The position numbers and the translations under genes were made by a program. From Candidatus Zixiibacteriota bacterium (GTDB lineage: Bacteria > Zixibacteria > MSB-5A5 > GN15 > JAAZOE01), in the NCBI GenBank assembly GCA_043819555.1, contig JBDREQ010000021.1, positions 1 through 64,000 of the forward strand: a stretch of DNA of 64,000 nucleotides. The letters run 5' to 3'. Position 1 is the first letter of the stretch, and the number at the start of each line of letters is the position of its first letter. Below are positions 62,164 through 64,000 of the stretch, one piece after another. Below the pieces are notes generated by a model. It searched no databases and had not been told where the DNA came from. It saw only the letters and a program-made list of their open reading frames with translations.

Positions 62164-64000
62164 TTTCTCGCTATTATGGGGTACGGCTCCGGTTGAAGAA
62201 TTAATCACTACAGGGGCGAAAAATAACATTGAATATTTAGGGCTGGCCGACAATGATAATCTGTACGGGGCGATAGATTTTTATCAGGATTGTCTTGAGG
62301 CCGGGATAAATCCCCTGATTGGGGTGCGGTTGACGACAAGATTGGGTGAGCTGCACCTGATTGCCAAATCGCATGCAGGGTATCAAAATTTGTGCCGATT
62401 AGTGACGGCCCGGCAACTGGAAGGTGATGTATCGGAAGATACGCTTGCGAAACAAATTGATGATTTGATTTGCCTCGCACCGCCAAAATCTAATCTGAAA
62501 AAGCTAAAAGATATTTTCGGGATAGAGTTGTTTCTCTCGCATCCGGGGGATGTTGATTATCATATAGATGAAACTCTGAAACGGTACGATTTAAAGCCGG
62601 TCGCCAATCCTAAAATCAGTTTTTTGCGTCCGGATGATTATTCGCTGCATTTGATGCTGAGGGCCATCGATACCGGGTCGTTGGTAGCGAATCTCAATGG
62701 GGTGCCTCGCGATGGGGCTGATTCGTTTTTCCCTGATGCGAGTATAATGAAGCGAAAATTTCGCAATTGTCCGGAAGCGATTGCCAATGGAATTATGATT
62801 TCCGAAATGTGCCGGATGCGGTTTCCGGAGCGGAGTAACATCCTGCCGGAGTATAACGATGGCGATGGCGATAAGTTTGAATTTTTGCGAAAAAAAACTC
62901 TGGAAGGATTAGGACACAGGAAGGGAAAAATCAGGGCACAGTACCTGGCACGGCTCGATTTTGAACTGGAAGTTATCAAGCGAACCGGATTTACCGATTA
63001 TTTTCTGATTGTCTCGGGGATTGCCGATTATTGTCATCGGGTTGGGATTCCCGTTGTCGGGCGGGGTTCGGCGGGCGGATCGCTGGCGGCGTATTCATTG
63101 AGCATTACTCAGGTTGACCCCATCAATGAGGGGCTATATTTTGAACGGTTTTTGAACGAAGCCCGGTCAGACCCGCCCGATATTGATCTCGATATCGACT
63201 GGCGGCGGCGCGATGATGTCCTCGAATATATCTATGATACTTTTGGCCATGATCGCACGGCGATGATCGCCACATATACCCGATTTCGGTCCCGGCTGGC
63301 GGTGCGGGAAATTGCCAAAGCCCGGGGTATCGCGCCGGATGAAATCAACCGCATTGTCAAAGACCTGCCCCGATTCGGGATGATGGGCGCGAATTCAGAA
63401 ATTAAAATACCGTCGGACGAATACCTGGGTATTTGGGAAGACGCCGCAAGGTTGCATGAGTTCCCTCGCCATCTTGGCATTCATGCCGGGGGAATCGTTA
63501 TAACCCCAAAACCTCTGACTGACTATGTGGCGTTGGAACGGGCGACCAAGGGATTAGTCGTGACGCAATGCGATATGTATCAGGCCGAAAAACTGGGATT
63601 GGTTAAAATTGATATTCTTGGCAACCGCGGGCAGGCGGTAATTGTCGATTGTTTTGAGGAAGCAAAAAAAGAAAGAGGCGATGATTTTGTAATTCCTGAT
63701 AACGATCCGAAAACGGAAAGGCTTTTGCAGTCAGGCAAAACGATTGGGGTTTTCCAGATTGAATCGCCGGGATTGCGCTCGCTTTTGCGCGATATCAAAC
63801 CGACCGTTCTCAATGATTTAACTCTGGCATTATCGTTAATCCGTCCGGGAGCGTCTGATTCGGGAATGAAAAAAGTTTTTCTCGATTGTCATCATGGCCG
63901 GCAAAGGCCGGTTTACCCGGATATCCGACTAAAGGAGATATTAGAGGAAACGCATGGGGTGTTTATTTATCAGGAGCAGGTTCTTCTGTGCGCCAGGGAG
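62132..64000 (+). CDS. dnaE2: DNA polymerase III alpha, error-prone DnaE2 type (runs off the window; not in ORF track)
   Basis: Manual translation MSYALPGCRSNFSLLWG...LADNDNLYG...GRGSAGGS...FERFL...PPDIDLD...FPRHLGIHAGG...KIDILG...GVFQIESPG. Overlaps the end of dinB by 32 nt. Confidence 0.9.
   Translation, partial: MSYALPGCRSNFSLLWGTAPVEELITTGAKNNIEYLGLADNDNLYGAIDFYQDCLEAGINPLIGVRLTTRLGELHLIAKSHAGYQNLCRLVTARQLEGDVSEDTLAKQIDDLICLAPPKSNLKKLKDIFGIELFLSHPGDVDYHIDETLKRYDLKPVANPKISFLRPDDYSLHLMLRAIDTGSLVANLNGVPRDGADSFFPDASIMKRKFRNCPEAIANGIMISEMCRMRFPERSNILPEYNDGDGDKFEFLRKKTLEGLGHRKGKIRAQYLARLDFELEVIKRTGFTDYFLIVSGIADYCHRVGIPVVGRGSAGGSLAAYSLSITQVDPINEGLYFERFLNEARSDPPDIDLDIDWRRRDDVLEYIYDTFGHDRTAMIATYTRFRSRLAVREIAKARGIAPDEINRIVKDLPRFGMMGANSEIKIPSDEYLGIWEDAARLHEFPRHLGIHAGGIVITPKPLTDYVALERATKGLVVTQCDMYQAEKLGLVKIDILGNRGQAVIVDCFEEAKKERGDDFVIPDNDPKTERLLQSGKTIGVFQIESPGLRSLLRDIKPTVLNDLTLALSLIRPGASDSGMKKVFLDCHHGRQRPVYPDIRLKEILEETHGVFIYQEQVLLCARE

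Overview
A 64 kb, gene-dense chromosomal segment of a diderm bacterium (BamA/Skp/LpxD, lipid A acyltransferase, heptosyltransferase). An FCB-associated lineage such as Zixibacteria is a guess from gene content only. Most of it is housekeeping: acs, rnhB, ispG, uvrB, rplU, ssb, nadE, rsmI, lipB, nadA, glnS, gltX and tldD/pmbA. I found no rRNA, tRNA, CRISPR array or intact transposase. Features not captured by the ORF track: (1) a selenocysteine PrxQ/BCP peroxiredoxin at 51677-52114(-), with UGA at the peroxidatic position and a SECIS-like hairpin, next to a Cys peroxiredoxin carrying a similar hairpin; (2) a butyrate kinase with one in-frame TAG, followed by two phosphotransbutyrylase paralogs with complementary motif loss; (3) a truncated dnaE2 (62132 to window end) overlapping a catalytically intact dinB; (4) two small ORFs; (5) several REP-like palindromic repeat families concentrated in two intergenic hotspots. 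Also notable are an octaheme cytochrome c/NrfC/NrfD module with no catalytic subunit, a secreted protein made of four copies of a domain I do not recognise, and a 2TM-TPR gene bracketed by repeats. All family assignments come from motif reading and recall, not database searches.
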